This document shows, in pieces, positions 23,167 to 34,890 of a stretch of 61,191 nucleotides of DNA (positions within the stretch are counted from its first letter, which is position 1; each line of letters opens with the position of its first letter). Source of the DNA: Hydrolagus affinis (taxonomy: Eukaryota); the NCBI GenBank assembly GCA_012026655.1, contig JAAILG010001848.1:1-61191 (forward strand), written 5' to 3'. The notes beneath the pieces were generated by a model, which saw only the letters and a list, made by a program, of their open reading frames with translations, made no database searches and had not been told where the DNA came from. Both the position numbers and the translations under genes were made by a program.

Positions 23167-24504
23167 CTGTGGGAAAAGGAGAAACGACAATCTGGAAAAG
23201 CTTTATCTTGATTTTTATGGATTGAATTGAGGGACCAGGCAAAACGCGTCAAAACTGACAGAAATATTCGGCATTTTTCCAATGCAACACAAACCGACTT
23301 CCTAATAACTTCCTATACTCCGACAGCATGTAAAAGTCTCCGCTCAAACCGAGGACGTGGAATTTTCCGAGACAAAATGCCAATAACTTGGAATTATTTT
23401 AATATAATGTCCTTCACTTTGGAATAACATCTCAGATTGTTTTACAATGATGGGGTTGGACGCCAAGCAAGAGGGAGGAGGGGAGGGGGAAGTGGCCATA
23501 GTCTCAATGCCCAAAGTCCCCCAATGAACCCGAAATTCTCTGAAAATTTGGCACAGATTAAATTTATAAATGGCACAGATTTGATACATCTAACCAGTCA
23601 AAACATTATTATTTTAAATGTCCTCTCGTTGACCCGACCTCTTCATGCCAGGGTGCCACTGTTAATTTGTGAACAACTGTAAATAACTAAGAGATTTTGT
23701 GAACAAAATATTCATCCTTGTGAAGCAGGAATACACTATACGATACCAGCACTCTTATGTGATTAAGCACACATTCAACATCTCTGGTCCACTTGTTTAC
23801 GGCTCTTGGGTGGCTTTTTATAGCCTACCAGCTGTGAACATTATGTCACTGTCAATACTGAACAAGTCTGTACAAGAAGACATTCTTATTCTTCCATTAA
23901 CCATTACAAGACAGCATTCAGCCCCTCTCTCCCCTTGAAGGCAGTGGCTGACCCTGGCTTACACAGTCACTCTAGTGTATGAACCATTAGAGTGAGTGCC
24001 AGGCTGCTGGGACCAGAAACTGTACCAATTCCTAGGATAATCAACAACAAAACAACAAAATTGCATTTATATAGCGCCTTTCACGTCAGGAGGACGTCCC
24101 AAAGCGCTGAAAGCCAATTGTAGCATCTGAATATTCCTTGGAAAATTCTTTGAAAACAAATTTCTAAGTGTAAATTATTCTATCGCAAACCGCACAATGA
24201 ACAAATTATCCCTTGCACTGTACTGGAACATGGTGCACTTATTAACCCATTTATTTTAGCCTTCACTCTTCATTCAATTGAATTGTAGCAAATTCAATAG
24301 ACGGAGCTGTTAAGAACCCCCAAGGAAAAGGATCTGTGTCCCCTTGTGAAGCAGACCACAACTGCAATTTTTTTTATTAGTGAATCAGTAGATCAAGACT
24401 CAAGCCAGCTGGACGACGTTTCTAACAAATGTGGCCTAAGTGGGAGGTAAATACAGCGAATAATTTTCTCTTTATTAAACAATTAGACAAGCTCAGGCTC
24501 GTCA

Positions 24505-24760
24505 GTCTTGAGAGAGGATGACTCAGAATGGACCTCAAAGAGATGTATAAGATTTCAAATGGGATTGAAAAAGTAATACTTTTGGATGCACCAAAACAGC
24601 AGAATAGCACACAGATTCAGAGGTGTAACCAGCAATTTCAGGACAGACACCAGGAGGTTTGTCTTTGCTCAGAGGGTAAGTAATGACTGGACCGGATCGC
24701 TGGGAAGGATGGTTCAGGCCAGGACACTGGACTAGTTTTAACAGCAGCTTGATCATCTTT
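24505..24760 (+). mobile_element. CR1 LINE 3' fragment
   Basis: gagaggatgactcagaatggacctcaaagagatgtataagatttcaaatgggattga, CR1 ORF2 C-terminal motif. Confidence 0.7.
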
Positions 24761-24796
24761 CTTCATCCAAACTGATCACTTTTGAGAATGACTAAC

Positions 24797-24990
24797 CTTT
24801 AACATGAGGCCACTCATACAAAAGTTGACGTGTTCGTCGGCCTTGCCGGAATCATCCAGCTTATAGATGGCTTTGAACTGTTGCACAGTCTGGTACAGGT
24901 CCAAAGAGAAAGTGTTCATCCACAGCATGCTGGTCGGGTCCAGAGTGAACTGCAGCGTATTGAGCTGCACATAAAGATTCGGGCAAGGCA
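24797..24990 (-). CDS. BLTP3A: BLTP3A exon 13
   Basis: tatctgcAG|(V)PCPNLYVQLNTLQFTLDPTSMLWMNTFSLDLYQTVQQFKAIYKLDDSGKADEHVNFCMSGLMLK|GTtagt; 194 nt. Confidence 0.96.
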
Positions 24991-25279
24991 CTGCAGATAC
25001 AGAAGCAACAATCAATGTATGATTATTTATAACCAGTTACAATCCTAAACCTCCCCCGAACAAGCCGCTAACTGAGTCTTCATCCCAATAAGATTATTGT
25101 AGCAGACTTGGAACAGGTTGCCATAACTAGAGACTAGTTATGACTGACTCAGCTTAATGAAGACGTTTGATCCTGTAATGGGAGGACAGAGGGTGGGTGA
25201 TCTGGAAGGATGAGATCAGATGGGCCAAAGGACCTACTTTATCCAAACCAATCTTGTCGGTTTGTGACTTTCAATTGAA

Positions 25280-25478
25280 TATCATCCTTGCATTTGATAT
25301 AGCGCCTTATCAAGTCTTTGAGAGGTCTCAAGGCGCTTCACAGGATACATGTAAGTGAATCAACTGTGTATTTTGTGGGTGAAAGGAGGCAGCCAATTGC
25401 ACACAACAGTGTCCCGCAAACAGTCGTGGATTGCATGACCAAATTATCTATTGAAAAAATTTTGAAGGGATTATTGAA
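25280..25478 (-). mobile_element. SINE family A, 3' half
   Basis: atccttgcatttgatatagcgcc...ggcagccaattgcacacaacagtgtcccgcaaacagtcgtggattg. Confidence 0.85.
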
Positions 25479-26714
25479 GGGTAGAAGAGAAAACTAAATC
25501 AAGTGAAAGTGAAAGTGGACCTGCTCACAAGTCCACTTTCACAAGGAGTTACTGTTACAGTGCACAATAAGTACATAAATGTGCTGGGATGTGTTTATGA
25601 TTCCTTCTATTCCTGCAGAACGAGTAACTCGCACCCCAGCCTTCAGCAACTAAACAGTGTGTTGATGTATTGGCTATTGGAACCTTAAAGGAGTCGGGGA
25701 TTAAATAGTGAGTAGCAGGGATTGAAAGAGGGAATAAAAAACAATATCTCCCATTTATAATTAGAAAATTACAAACAGAAAGAGGATGTGCACTAGCTGA
25801 CTGAGTGATTATCCTTGATGAATGCGGCATTGTGACAGTTATCCGGCTGAAACATTTCTAAAGATTACAAGCATCTCGCATGTGACCAGTCCATCAGCTG
25901 ATCTGAACACTGCTTGACGACTTCCCCCTCTCCTGACCTACCCTCTCATCTCATTCCTGTGCAACTCGCAGGGCTCAAATCTCCACTTTGTCACTAGGGC
26001 TAACTAAATAAGGAGGCTTTCACCCTGTGCGATTAAAGTAAAATCATTTAGAGGAAGAACCAGGAACAGAGAGCAGCAGGTATGAAACATTTCCTGCTGT
26101 GTTTCTCCTCCTTTCCACCCTTCACCTGGAAAACCCATCTCTGCATCAGGGTTTCCATGTAAGAAAAAGACAATTTCCTATAAACTGATCAGACCAAAGG
26201 AAGACTCGTGATTTGATTTTAATCAACCTTTTGACCCTCAGCTGCAGCTGAAACCTTTCATCTAATCACTTAGCTACACAGAACAATGCTCTCACGCATT
26301 AGTGTACACACAGGGTGATGGCATGTGAATAATTGAAGGGTTCTGAACCTTTGCATCGAGATAAGGAATGGAACATAAAAGGGGTAAATCAGAGGGGATT
26401 TCTTTCAATGGAATTCTAACCTTTGATCATAACTGTACTTTGATGAAGCACTTAATAGAGACAGGGTCCCACCTCTGCCCTCCAACCTCTACATTCCCAT
26501 TTAATGAAAAATTGATTGTAATTAATTCAGTACAAAAGGCAGTTTGGTGATTTTTGCCATGTTGAATGGCTTAGGTCTGTAGCAAATGATCTCAGTGTTT
26601 GAATGTGTTTAAACAATGGGTAAAGGATATTGTGTCACTTGGGATCCAGGAGTCCCCCATCGCTTCTGAAATCGCGCTTCTTAACCCAAGTGGATCTCCC
26701 AGCACAGCAACCCT

Positions 26715-26736
26715 CACACACACACACACACACACA
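26715..26736. repeat. (CA)n microsatellite
   Basis: cacacacacacacacacacaca. Confidence 0.9.
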
Positions 26737-27504
26737 GCCATCCCCACCCCACAGGCATCCCCACAGCCACCCCCACATTCACAGGTATCAATAGATTGCG
26801 TTTCATTTTCAAGCAGCAGCATCTGCTCAGCTCGGTAGGTGGCTGTGGGCCATTAGGATTTGAGCTCAGTCCAGGTTGACACCGGAGGAGTGCTGCACTG
26901 TTGGAGATGTGCTTCAAGCTTCAACAATCACCGCCTCACACAGCTTCTGTTTCCATTTTATGTAGGTATAGATATTAATATAATACATCCTGTGCGTAAG
27001 AAACACAGGTCCAACTGGCATAGAACAGGATAATAAGTGGCTATTCGGCCCATTGTATTTGTGCTGGCTCTTTTAAAACAGCAATCCTTTCAGTCCATTT
27101 ACTTGCCCTTTCCCCTTATCCCTGTATGTTTATTTATTCCTTCTTAAATATCAAACTGGTTCCATTTTGAAAGATTCTGCAGATGGATTCTGTGTCAACC
27201 ATTTGTGTTCGGCATTCCCTATACTAAACACTGTGTGTGTGAAACGTTAGTGCAGGTTAGGTGTCTGGGAGGAGTTTAACCAGCGAAAACCAGGCAGTCT
27301 CATATAACGGAATCAGCAAGATTTTCGATGTTTGTCAGGCAAGATGCATCCTACTTAGCAGGGAATTAGCTGAGGAGCTGAGCGGAAAGAACCCCTCAGG
27401 TGACCCCCCACTCACATGTCAATTTTACCAGTGACCATATCCACATAAACCAGCTGCGTGTTTCTCAATCAAAACCAAAGAGCTGCCTCGCCTCAGAACC
27501 TTAC

Positions 27505-27646
27505 CGGGAAAGGCTTTGCTGTCAGGGAAATAGTATTCAGTGAATTCGATGTGAATTGCTGAGATGCTGGTCGGGAGGTGATAGTTCTGCCTGTTGCATG
27601 AAAGTAAGGTCCTTGGCTTCTTACCCTGCTGTCCTGCAGCCGACAC
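27505..27646 (-). CDS. BLTP3A: BLTP3A exon 12
   Basis: ttttattgaAG|VSAAGQQGKKPRTLLSCNRQNYHLPTSISAIHIEFTEYYFPDSKAFP|GTaagg; 142 nt. Confidence 0.96.
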
Positions 27647-27732
27647 CTTCAATAAAAACAGACATCAATATTGAATTTCCTGTCAGCTTTCATGGCCTTT
27701 AATTAGTTTGTTTGAAAATGAATTTACAACTA

Positions 27733-27820
27733 CCCAGGTAGCAAGCCCATATGGGCCTCATATGGGACAAATTGGGTTGATCCATGCCCATATGGGCCCC
27801 ACATGGGCTTGCTACCTGGG
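27733..27820. mobile_element. 88-bp palindromic MITE with TA flanks
   Basis: TA|cccaggtagcaagcccatatggg...cccacatgggcttgctacctggg|TA; 23-bp TIR with one mismatch. Confidence 0.8.
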
Positions 27821-29564
27821 TAAGTACCACAAGCTTTCAGCTATTACAGAAATGGCAAGTCGAGCCAACAGTTACCTGCTGCACTAGCACAGTTAGTGTT
27901 ATTACAGTCCATAACATAGCTATTGCCTTTTTTCCAGGTTTCAACAATAATTATCAACAAAATGTAAAGGATTGGAAAGGATTAAGCAGTAACTGGGCTT
28001 GGAGAAGAAAGGAACTGAATGTGGGAGATGCAAAATGCATCTTTCAACCTGCCCTGTCCCCCAACATGCGGACAGGAAACCTTTTAACAAAAATAACTTG
28101 TTCCATTTGATATATTGACTTATCATGTTGTTGAGATGTCTCAACTTTCTTAACAGGAATTTACTGTGATGTGCATTGGTTGTATTTTGTAGGCGAACAC
28201 ACGAGAGCTGAGAGCACCACAATATCGTCAGCAGATTTTTGAAACACAACTGATACTGGGAGCTGAAGTTTTGCATTCTGAAGTACAAGTCATTTTTTGT
28301 GTTTCTCTGTGTAAAGATTGAAACAATCAAACAAGTTTTATTTTGTCTGAGGACAACAACAACTTGCATTTATTTTGTGCCCTTCACTCTGAAGGACATT
28401 TGATTTGACAATGACAAGAATAGTTGTGGTAACTATTCACTTTCTACCTTCACCTACAATTGACAAAGTCATTACATGTTATATAACTTGTGAAGCACTA
28501 TGAGACGTCTCCTGATGTGATGTTCACTGTAGGACCTAAACACTACAATTATGGTTGACATTTATTCCATGAACCACTCAGCTTCCAAGCTATTTGTTAG
28601 AAAAATAATACGCATAGAAAGAATCCTACAATAGGAACAAAGAGATTTGTCAACTTCATGATGAACTATCCTTGACGTCAAGTCTCTATGTGAATGGGTC
28701 AATGGAACCTGCCAGCTTCGGTTATCTTTCCTGGTCTTGAAAGCAATCCAGAGCCATTAATACGTTTACAAGCCAGTAATGGAGAGAGTCTGGGTCAGCG
28801 CACTATCCATTCATCCTTGGCCCCCGGAATCTAACCACTGAGATTGATCAGATGAGATTTCTCTCTGTGGGCGACAAGAACCTGACTGCCTGCACTCGCC
28901 ACCAATCAGGTGAGGAAGAGAGCCATCCCTGCAGATAAGACACGGTCACTCTTTAGTAGGAGAGAATTTAGTTATCTTGTCATTGCTTGCTCTCTAAATC
29001 CTCGCGCCTCAAACCCCTCTCTCCACTTTTGAAATCCTCATAAAAATCTACCTTCCTGGTTACCTTCAATCATCGCCCTCTCCCCCTCACCCCCACCACA
29101 TCTCCCATCCTGCTCTGGCTCTTTGAAGCATCTTGATACATTTAACTCCATAAAAGGCACTATTTAGAGCCGATGATTGGTGGTGAAAAGGTTTGGTATA
29201 GTTTGTAAAGTATACTTTTGGTAAATCCAAATTAAAGAGGTATAAATATTAGATAGCTGGTAGTAGAGTTAAAAGGGTGTTTAGCAATAATTTCTTTACA
29301 CAGAGTGATGAGAGTAGAACTCACTGCCGGAAGCCGTGGTTAAAGCAGGAAGCGTCAGTCTATTTAATAGTATACACGAGGGAGAAGCGAATAAAGGGGG
29401 ATTGAAGAGAGGATTCTGTGTTTGGGTGCATTGGGAGTATTTAATGATAGCATTGGCTGCTAAAGCTGGCTTGTTTTACATTGCTCAACATTAATATATT
29501 TTGCCTCTTTAGAAAGAAAAATCGTCTGAACTAAAATACAGTACCAGCTGAATTATATATAATT

Positions 29565-29955
29565 ATCATAGACTTAAGAGTTTTACAGCACAGGAGGAGG
29601 CTCATCGTGCCTGTGTCGGCTCTTTGAAAGAGCTACCAACTAGTCTCACTCTCCCACTCGTATACCACAACCCTGCACATGTTTCCTCTTTTAAGTACGT
29701 ATATAATTCCCTTTTGAGAGCAATTATCAAATCTGCTTCCACCACCCTGTCAGGCAGTGCACTGCAGACCGTAACAACTCTCTGGATAAAATAAATTCCC
29801 CTCATCTTCCCTCTGGTTGTTTTGCTAATGATTTTAAATCTGTGTCCTCTGTTTACTGAACCACCCACCAGAACAAACAGTTTCTCCCTATCTATCAAAA
29901 TCCCTCAGAATTTTGAATACCTCTATTAAATCTCCCCTCAACATTCTCTACTCAT
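29565..29955 (-). mobile_element. CR1 LINE 3' fragment
   Basis: ORF 29602-29898 DREKLF...RGHRFKI...YFIQRVVTVCSALPDRVVEA...KRELYTYL is the CR1 ORF2 C-terminus. Confidence 0.9.
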
Positions 29956-30029
29956 GAATTAGCACCGGGATCAGAATAGATGTGAAAGAACAATGAATCC
30001 CCACCAACTGCATAGAGATGTTTAATCAG

Positions 30030-30247
30030 CAAACAACAATAGCAACAAAATTACATTTGTATACAGTCTTTCATGTCAGGAGGACGACCCAAGGCACTGG
30101 ACAGTCACGGAAGGGAAGAGGGGGTTGACTGATGGCACTGTCGAAGAAGACGGTCTTGAGGTGGGACTTGAAGGAGGTTAGGGAGGTGGTGAGGCTGAGC
30201 GATTGCGGGATGGAATTTCAAAGGTTGGGGGTCGAGTGGCTGAAAAC
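30030..30247 (-). mobile_element. L2 LINE 3' fragment
   Basis: caacaaaattacatttgtatac tail; ggatggaatttcaaaggttgggg body. Confidence 0.8.
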
Positions 30248-30287
30248 TAGTGGACTTCAGATGAGAGGGTTCCCCATTAAACACTAG

Positions 30288-30716
30288 CTGTGGATTGGCT
30301 CCCCATCTCCCAGTGTATCAAGTTCAAAATCCTTGTTCTCGTATTTAAATCCCTCCTCCGTCTTGCCCTGCATTATTTCTGAGACTTCGACAAATCCTAC
30401 TGACCCGGCTGCCCATTCGCTCAAGACCAACAGCCTGTCCCTCACCCTACCTGCCCGTCCCACCATCGGCAGCTGGGCTTTCAGCCATTCTGCTCCAGTT
30501 CACTGGAACTCCACCCCAGAATCCCTCTGATCCGTTCTCTTACCTTCTTCAAGGTCCATGTCCACCTCTTTGACCATGCTTTCAGTTATTTTCCCCTCCC
30601 CACCCACCCCCTCTGTTCCCATCCCCAAATTGGGCGCCAACTAAGTCAGGATTGTTAAGTGGCTTCAGACCATCCACCCAACATGAAAGGTGCCATACAT
30701 TTGTATTGTATTGTTT
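30288..30716 (+). mobile_element. L2 LINE 3' fragment
   Basis: gattggctccccatctcccagtgtatcaagttcaaaatccttgttctcgtatttaaatccctc...gaaaggtgccatac tail. Confidence 0.8.
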
Positions 30717-30867
30717 CCATGATGTAGCAAGGAAGCAATAAAAAGTAAGAGTGTATCTTTGAAGGAGGAGAGGTTTTGAACTGATTTAGTGAATTGGCTA
30801 AATAGAACAGGAAGAGGGTCACCTTGCGTTACCCAGTAAAGCCACCCATCATGTGGAGTGAAATTTG

Positions 30868-31266
30868 AAGAGGATCCAATTCAAGATCCTGGTCCTCACA
30901 TTTAAAGCCCTCCATAACCTCACCCCATCCTACATCCATGATCTCCTATCCCCTAACCAAACTGCCCACCCCCTCCGTTCAGCAGGCTCTGGCCTGCTCC
31001 ATGTCCCCCGAACCACCCACCTAACCATTGGTGGGCAAGCCTTCAGTCATTCTGCCCCGAAGATCTCCATGCCGCAGTCCCTCCGCCTCACCCCCTCGCT
31101 GGCCTCCTTCAAGTCTCGCCTCAAGACTCTTCTCTTCGATGGACCCATTGGCAACTCCTCCCCGCCCCCCCTGTCCTCAGCTCGGGTCTGAAGCAGTAAC
31201 TGTCCAGCGCCTTGGGACGTCCCACTGACATGAAAGTGCTACACAAATGTCATTTTGTTGTTGTTG
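30868..31266 (+). mobile_element. L2 LINE 3' fragment
   Basis: RIQFKILVLTFKALHNLTPSYIHDLLSP...FKSRLKTLLF; (GTT)n tail. Confidence 0.9.
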
Positions 31267-31418
31267 AAAATAAAAGGTCAGGTTTCACATGGTGCAACCT
31301 AAGCAACAAAGCAAAGTAGAAGAGTTGATGAAAGCAGCAATGGTGGGATCACCTCACCCCACCAAACAACAACAACAACGTTACATTTATAGAGCAGAGG
31401 ACAAGCATATCAACGTAC

Positions 31419-31570
31419 CTGAAAAATATCCAGGTCTTCAACACGGATAACTACACAACTGGACCGCAGCCTGTCCCAAGGTGGCTGCCGTGGGCTTGGG
31501 GCAGCCATGGATGACTGATCAAACACGTGACCTTTGCCAGCAGGACTTGGTTTGTGAGTGGGAGAGGCCA
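31419..31570 (-). CDS. BLTP3A: BLTP3A exon 11
   Basis: tttttgttccAG|(V)ASPTHKPSP...QPPWDRLRSSCVVIRVEDLDIFQ|GTacgt; 152 nt. Confidence 0.94.
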
Positions 31571-31599
31571 CTGGAACAAAAACAATGACATACTGTGAA

Positions 31600-32150
31600 C
31601 AACAACAACAACAACAAGTTACACTTATAGAGCGCCTTTCAAGTCGGGAGGACGTCCCAAGGCGCTGTACAGGAGGCGTGTGACCCGAGCTGGGAGGGGA
31701 GTGTTTGGGAAGGGGTGAANNNNNNNNNNNNNNNNNNNNNNNNNNNNNNNNNNNNNNNNNNNNNNNNNNNNNNNNNNNNNNNNNNNNNNNNNNNNNNNNN
31801 NNNNNNNNNNNNNNNNNNNGTCGAAAAATTCGGGGTGGAACAAAAGGCACGGTCGAAGAGGAAAGTCTTCAAACCGGCCTTGAAAGAGGAAAGGGAAGAA
31901 ACGAGACGGAGGGATTGGGGGATGGAATTCCATAGGGTCGGAGCAGAAAAACTGAAGGCCCGGCCTCCAATGGTGGGGCGGTTCGGGCGGCGGGCTTGGA
32001 GCAGGCCAAGTCCTGCTGAACGGAGGGTCCGGATGGGCTTGTAGGGGGAGAGTAGATTGGTTAAGTAGGGCGGGGCAAGGCCATGTAAGGCCTTGAAGGT
32101 GAGGATGAGGATCTTGAACTCGATCCTCTGGAGGATGGGGAGCCAGTGGA
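31600..32150 (-). mobile_element. Well-preserved L2 LINE 3' fragment with candidate 5-bp TSD
   Basis: Open frame LHWLPILQRIEFKILILTFKALHGLAPPYLTNLL...FKAGLKTFLFDRAF; (GTT)n tail; GTGAA on both flanks (31595-31599, 32151-32155); contains the 100-N gap. Confidence 0.92.
31720..31819. other. Assembly gap (100 N)
   Basis: Run of N. Confidence 1.
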
Positions 32151-32254
32151 GTGAAGCATCGCCTGTGTGCAACAAGGCTTCAAAAACACTGTCAGCTAAA
32201 GAAACTCAGCTATAACTCGTATTGTTTATGAGTGAAGTCGCTCTCGAGTTTGCT

Positions 32255-32940
32255 CTACATAGAAATCAGCTTGATCCCAGCTTGATTCCCTGGTCTGTGC
32301 TGAGTGAGCTGATCTCAGCCAGGTCGTCAGCCTGGCTTGGTGGTAGCACTCTTGCCTCTGAGTTTGAAGGTTGTGGGTTTTAACACTACACCGGTACTCA
32401 GAATCACATAATCTAAATTGACACTCCACTGCAGCGCTGGGCGGGGGTGTTGCATTGTCAGAGGTGAAGTCCTTTGGATGAGACATCAAACCGAGGTCCC
32501 GTCTGCCTGTTCAGCTGGATGTTAAAGATCTTTGGCGCTACCTTTAAAAGAGAAAGGAGTTTCTCTTGGTGTCCTGGCTGACAATCCCCCAGGTAAATAA
32601 TTGGTGACTCACTACACGACTGTTTCCGGAACATTAATGTGTACAATTGGCTGCCACTTTTCACTCACAAAAATAAAGGAAATCACTTTACAGATTACTT
32701 TACTAGACGCGATATCAAATGCAAGGATTATTATTTGAGACAGCTGTGCTATGGTGGGACAAAAATACATGTTCCCATTCCCATTTGCTATCCAGAGACC
32801 CCTGCTGGAAACTGAGTGTGTGGACATAGATCAAGAATGGGATTGGGCTGCAAGGCCAATTAAGGTTGAATAGCCAGCCAACATTCACTGTCACTTGGAC
32901 ATTAATAATGTTTGCTAGGGCAAGCTATCAGAGGGATCAT
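32255..32940 (+). mobile_element. Older SINE-like element (family C) interrupted by a Deu-domain SINE (about 32328-32735)
   Basis: 5' part ccctggtctgtgctgagtgagctgatctcagcc (32289-32320), 3' part gctatccagagacccctgctggaaa...gaatagccagccaacattcactgtc (32788-32892); intervening sequence has tRNA head, Deu domain and tail. Confidence 0.65.
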
Positions 32941-33427
32941 AGTCCTGGTTAACAGTTCCAGGGTAGAAGGAAAAATTAGTCAAAATAGAAGTGCGGATAA
33001 GGATAAAATGGAAAAAAATCACAGGAAGAAGAAAAGGTTAATTGTCCATTTGAACAAAATTCATGAATCACAAGCTGCTATTCTGAAGTGGCATTTTAGC
33101 ACCAGATGTACCAGCTAAAGTAATTATTTTGAAATGTGCACTTAAGATGCATTTTTAGGCTTTTATTAATGATCAAAATATAATGGAAGCAGTGTTTGAT
33201 AACCAGCCTGCAAAGCTCTAAATCGCAATAATTGTAGCAATCCACACTTTCATCTACTTCAAAGGCAATTTAAGATTCATTTATTCTTTAAGTCGCTTCA
33301 TCATCTCCACTGATTATTAAAGCAAAACAGAGCTGGTGAAACCAACCAACGTTGTAGGTCATCCCAGCCAGGAAGCAATAGGGGTTAGGTTTTTACATTT
33401 CAGATGGGGGAATAGGGTTAGTGTTAC

Positions 33428-33865
33428 AAACAAACAAAATTACATTTATTGAACGCCTTTCGCATCGGGAGGACATCCCAAAGTGCTGAACAATCAGATC
33501 AGGACCTGACCGAGGGTCAGGGGAAGAGGAAGGGGAAGGAGAGTAAGGGAGGGGGTAGAGTTAGGAGGGGAGCACAAGGCACGGTCAAAGAGGAAGGTCT
33601 TGAGACCGACCTTGAAGGAGGAAAGAGAGGAAGTGAGGCGAAAGGATTGCGGGATGGAGTTCCACAGGGTGGGAGCAGAGAGGCTGAAAGCCCGGCTACC
33701 AATGGTGGGCATGAGCCTGCTGAGCAGAGGGGATGGGCAGGTTGATAGGGAGACAGCAGGTTGGAGAGATAAGCGAGAACAAGGCTGTGAATGGCCTTGA
33801 AGGTGAGGACGAGGATCTTGAATTCGATCCTCTGGGGGATGGGGAGCCAGTGGAGATGGGCGAGA
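33428..33865 (-). mobile_element. L2 LINE 3' fragment
   Basis: PTIGSRAFSLSAPTLWNSIPQSFRLTSSLSSFKVGLKTFLFDRAL; tail at 33428-33490. Confidence 0.9.
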
Positions 33866-34329
33866 GTGGGAGTGATGGTGGGAGGGTGGGAGTGGGCGAG
33901 GGTGGGAGTGGGATTAATGCTACAATGCCTCAGAAATCCTGTGTTTGGAGGGGAAAATCAGCCAGGGTCCCTGGCCTCCCCTTGCAAACTGAGTGAGGCT
34001 ACAAAGTTCAGTTTCCTTCCACTCCCAAATGGTTTGTTGAGACTCGCACATTAAGAATGGGTGAGGAGCCCTACAGAGCTGTACCTCGGCATAAGTCTTT
34101 AGGAGACGAAAAACTGATTCAAAAGGAGGAATTTCTTCCCATGTGTACTAAAATTCTCACCCATTCAAACAAACACACTCAGTTGTAGTTTGCCTCCATT
34201 TTCGCAAGATGACAATTGAAGTGAAAACAAACATCCTTCGAGTGAAATGCATGACCCTGGAGCAGGTTTGTTTGATCTTTTGCAATTTCACTCCCACTTC
34301 GTGGGGGTGAGGTTATAAACACCTCTTCT

Positions 34330-34590
34330 CTTCTCAGTTTTGTTGCAATCCTCTCCACCCATTTTACATTAACACCTCTTTAACCCACCATCTTCTGTCC
34401 TCTACCCCATTTTCTCCTTTGTCTTCCTTGCCCAGCCTCCCCACTCTCTGTTAGTCCTTAAAAGCCTCTCCTTCCCAACGTGTACCCATGACGAAGGGTC
34501 ATGGACTTGAAACGATGACTCACTTTCCTCTCTCCATAGATGCTGCCTGACCTGCTGAGTGTTCCCAGCGATTTCTGTTTGTGTTTGATC
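34330..34590 (+). mobile_element. Penelope-type 3' fragment with degenerate hammerhead core
   Basis: Pyrimidine-rich tract then atgacga-agggtc-atg-gactt-gaaac (34488-34513) and tttcctctctccatagatgctgcctgacctgctgag, homologous to 11500-11612. Confidence 0.6.
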
Positions 34591-34639
34591 AGTAATCTGT
34601 CGTGAGTTTGAGCTCACAGACCAGGCTGACCCTCCAATG

Positions 34640-34890
34640 CTAGGAAAGCGCTGCATTGTCGAGAATGTAATGTGAAACCAATGTCCCATCTGCCTGTCCA
34701 GGTAGACATTTGCAATCCCGCAACACTATTCAAAAAATCACAATAACCTGGCTGAGAATCCTTCAGGTAAAACTGGCCATTCAATTCACTCAAGTTTATG
34801 GGACGCTGCTGTGCATTAATTGGCTGCTGCGTTTGCCAACAAATGAGTCACAAGACCTTATAGCAATGCTCTGTGAAGCTCTTTGAAACA
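34640..34890 (+). mobile_element. Deu-domain SINE fragment
   Basis: gctgcattgtcgag...gaaaccaatgtcccatctgcctgtccaggtagac...gggacgctgctgtgcattaattggctgctgcg. Confidence 0.7.

Noticed and set aside
21520-23190. 556-aa ORF as a stand-alone single-exon gene
   Set aside because: It is BLTP3A exon 14 plus intronic read-through at both ends; splice sites at 23166 and 21587 fit the neighbouring exon phases
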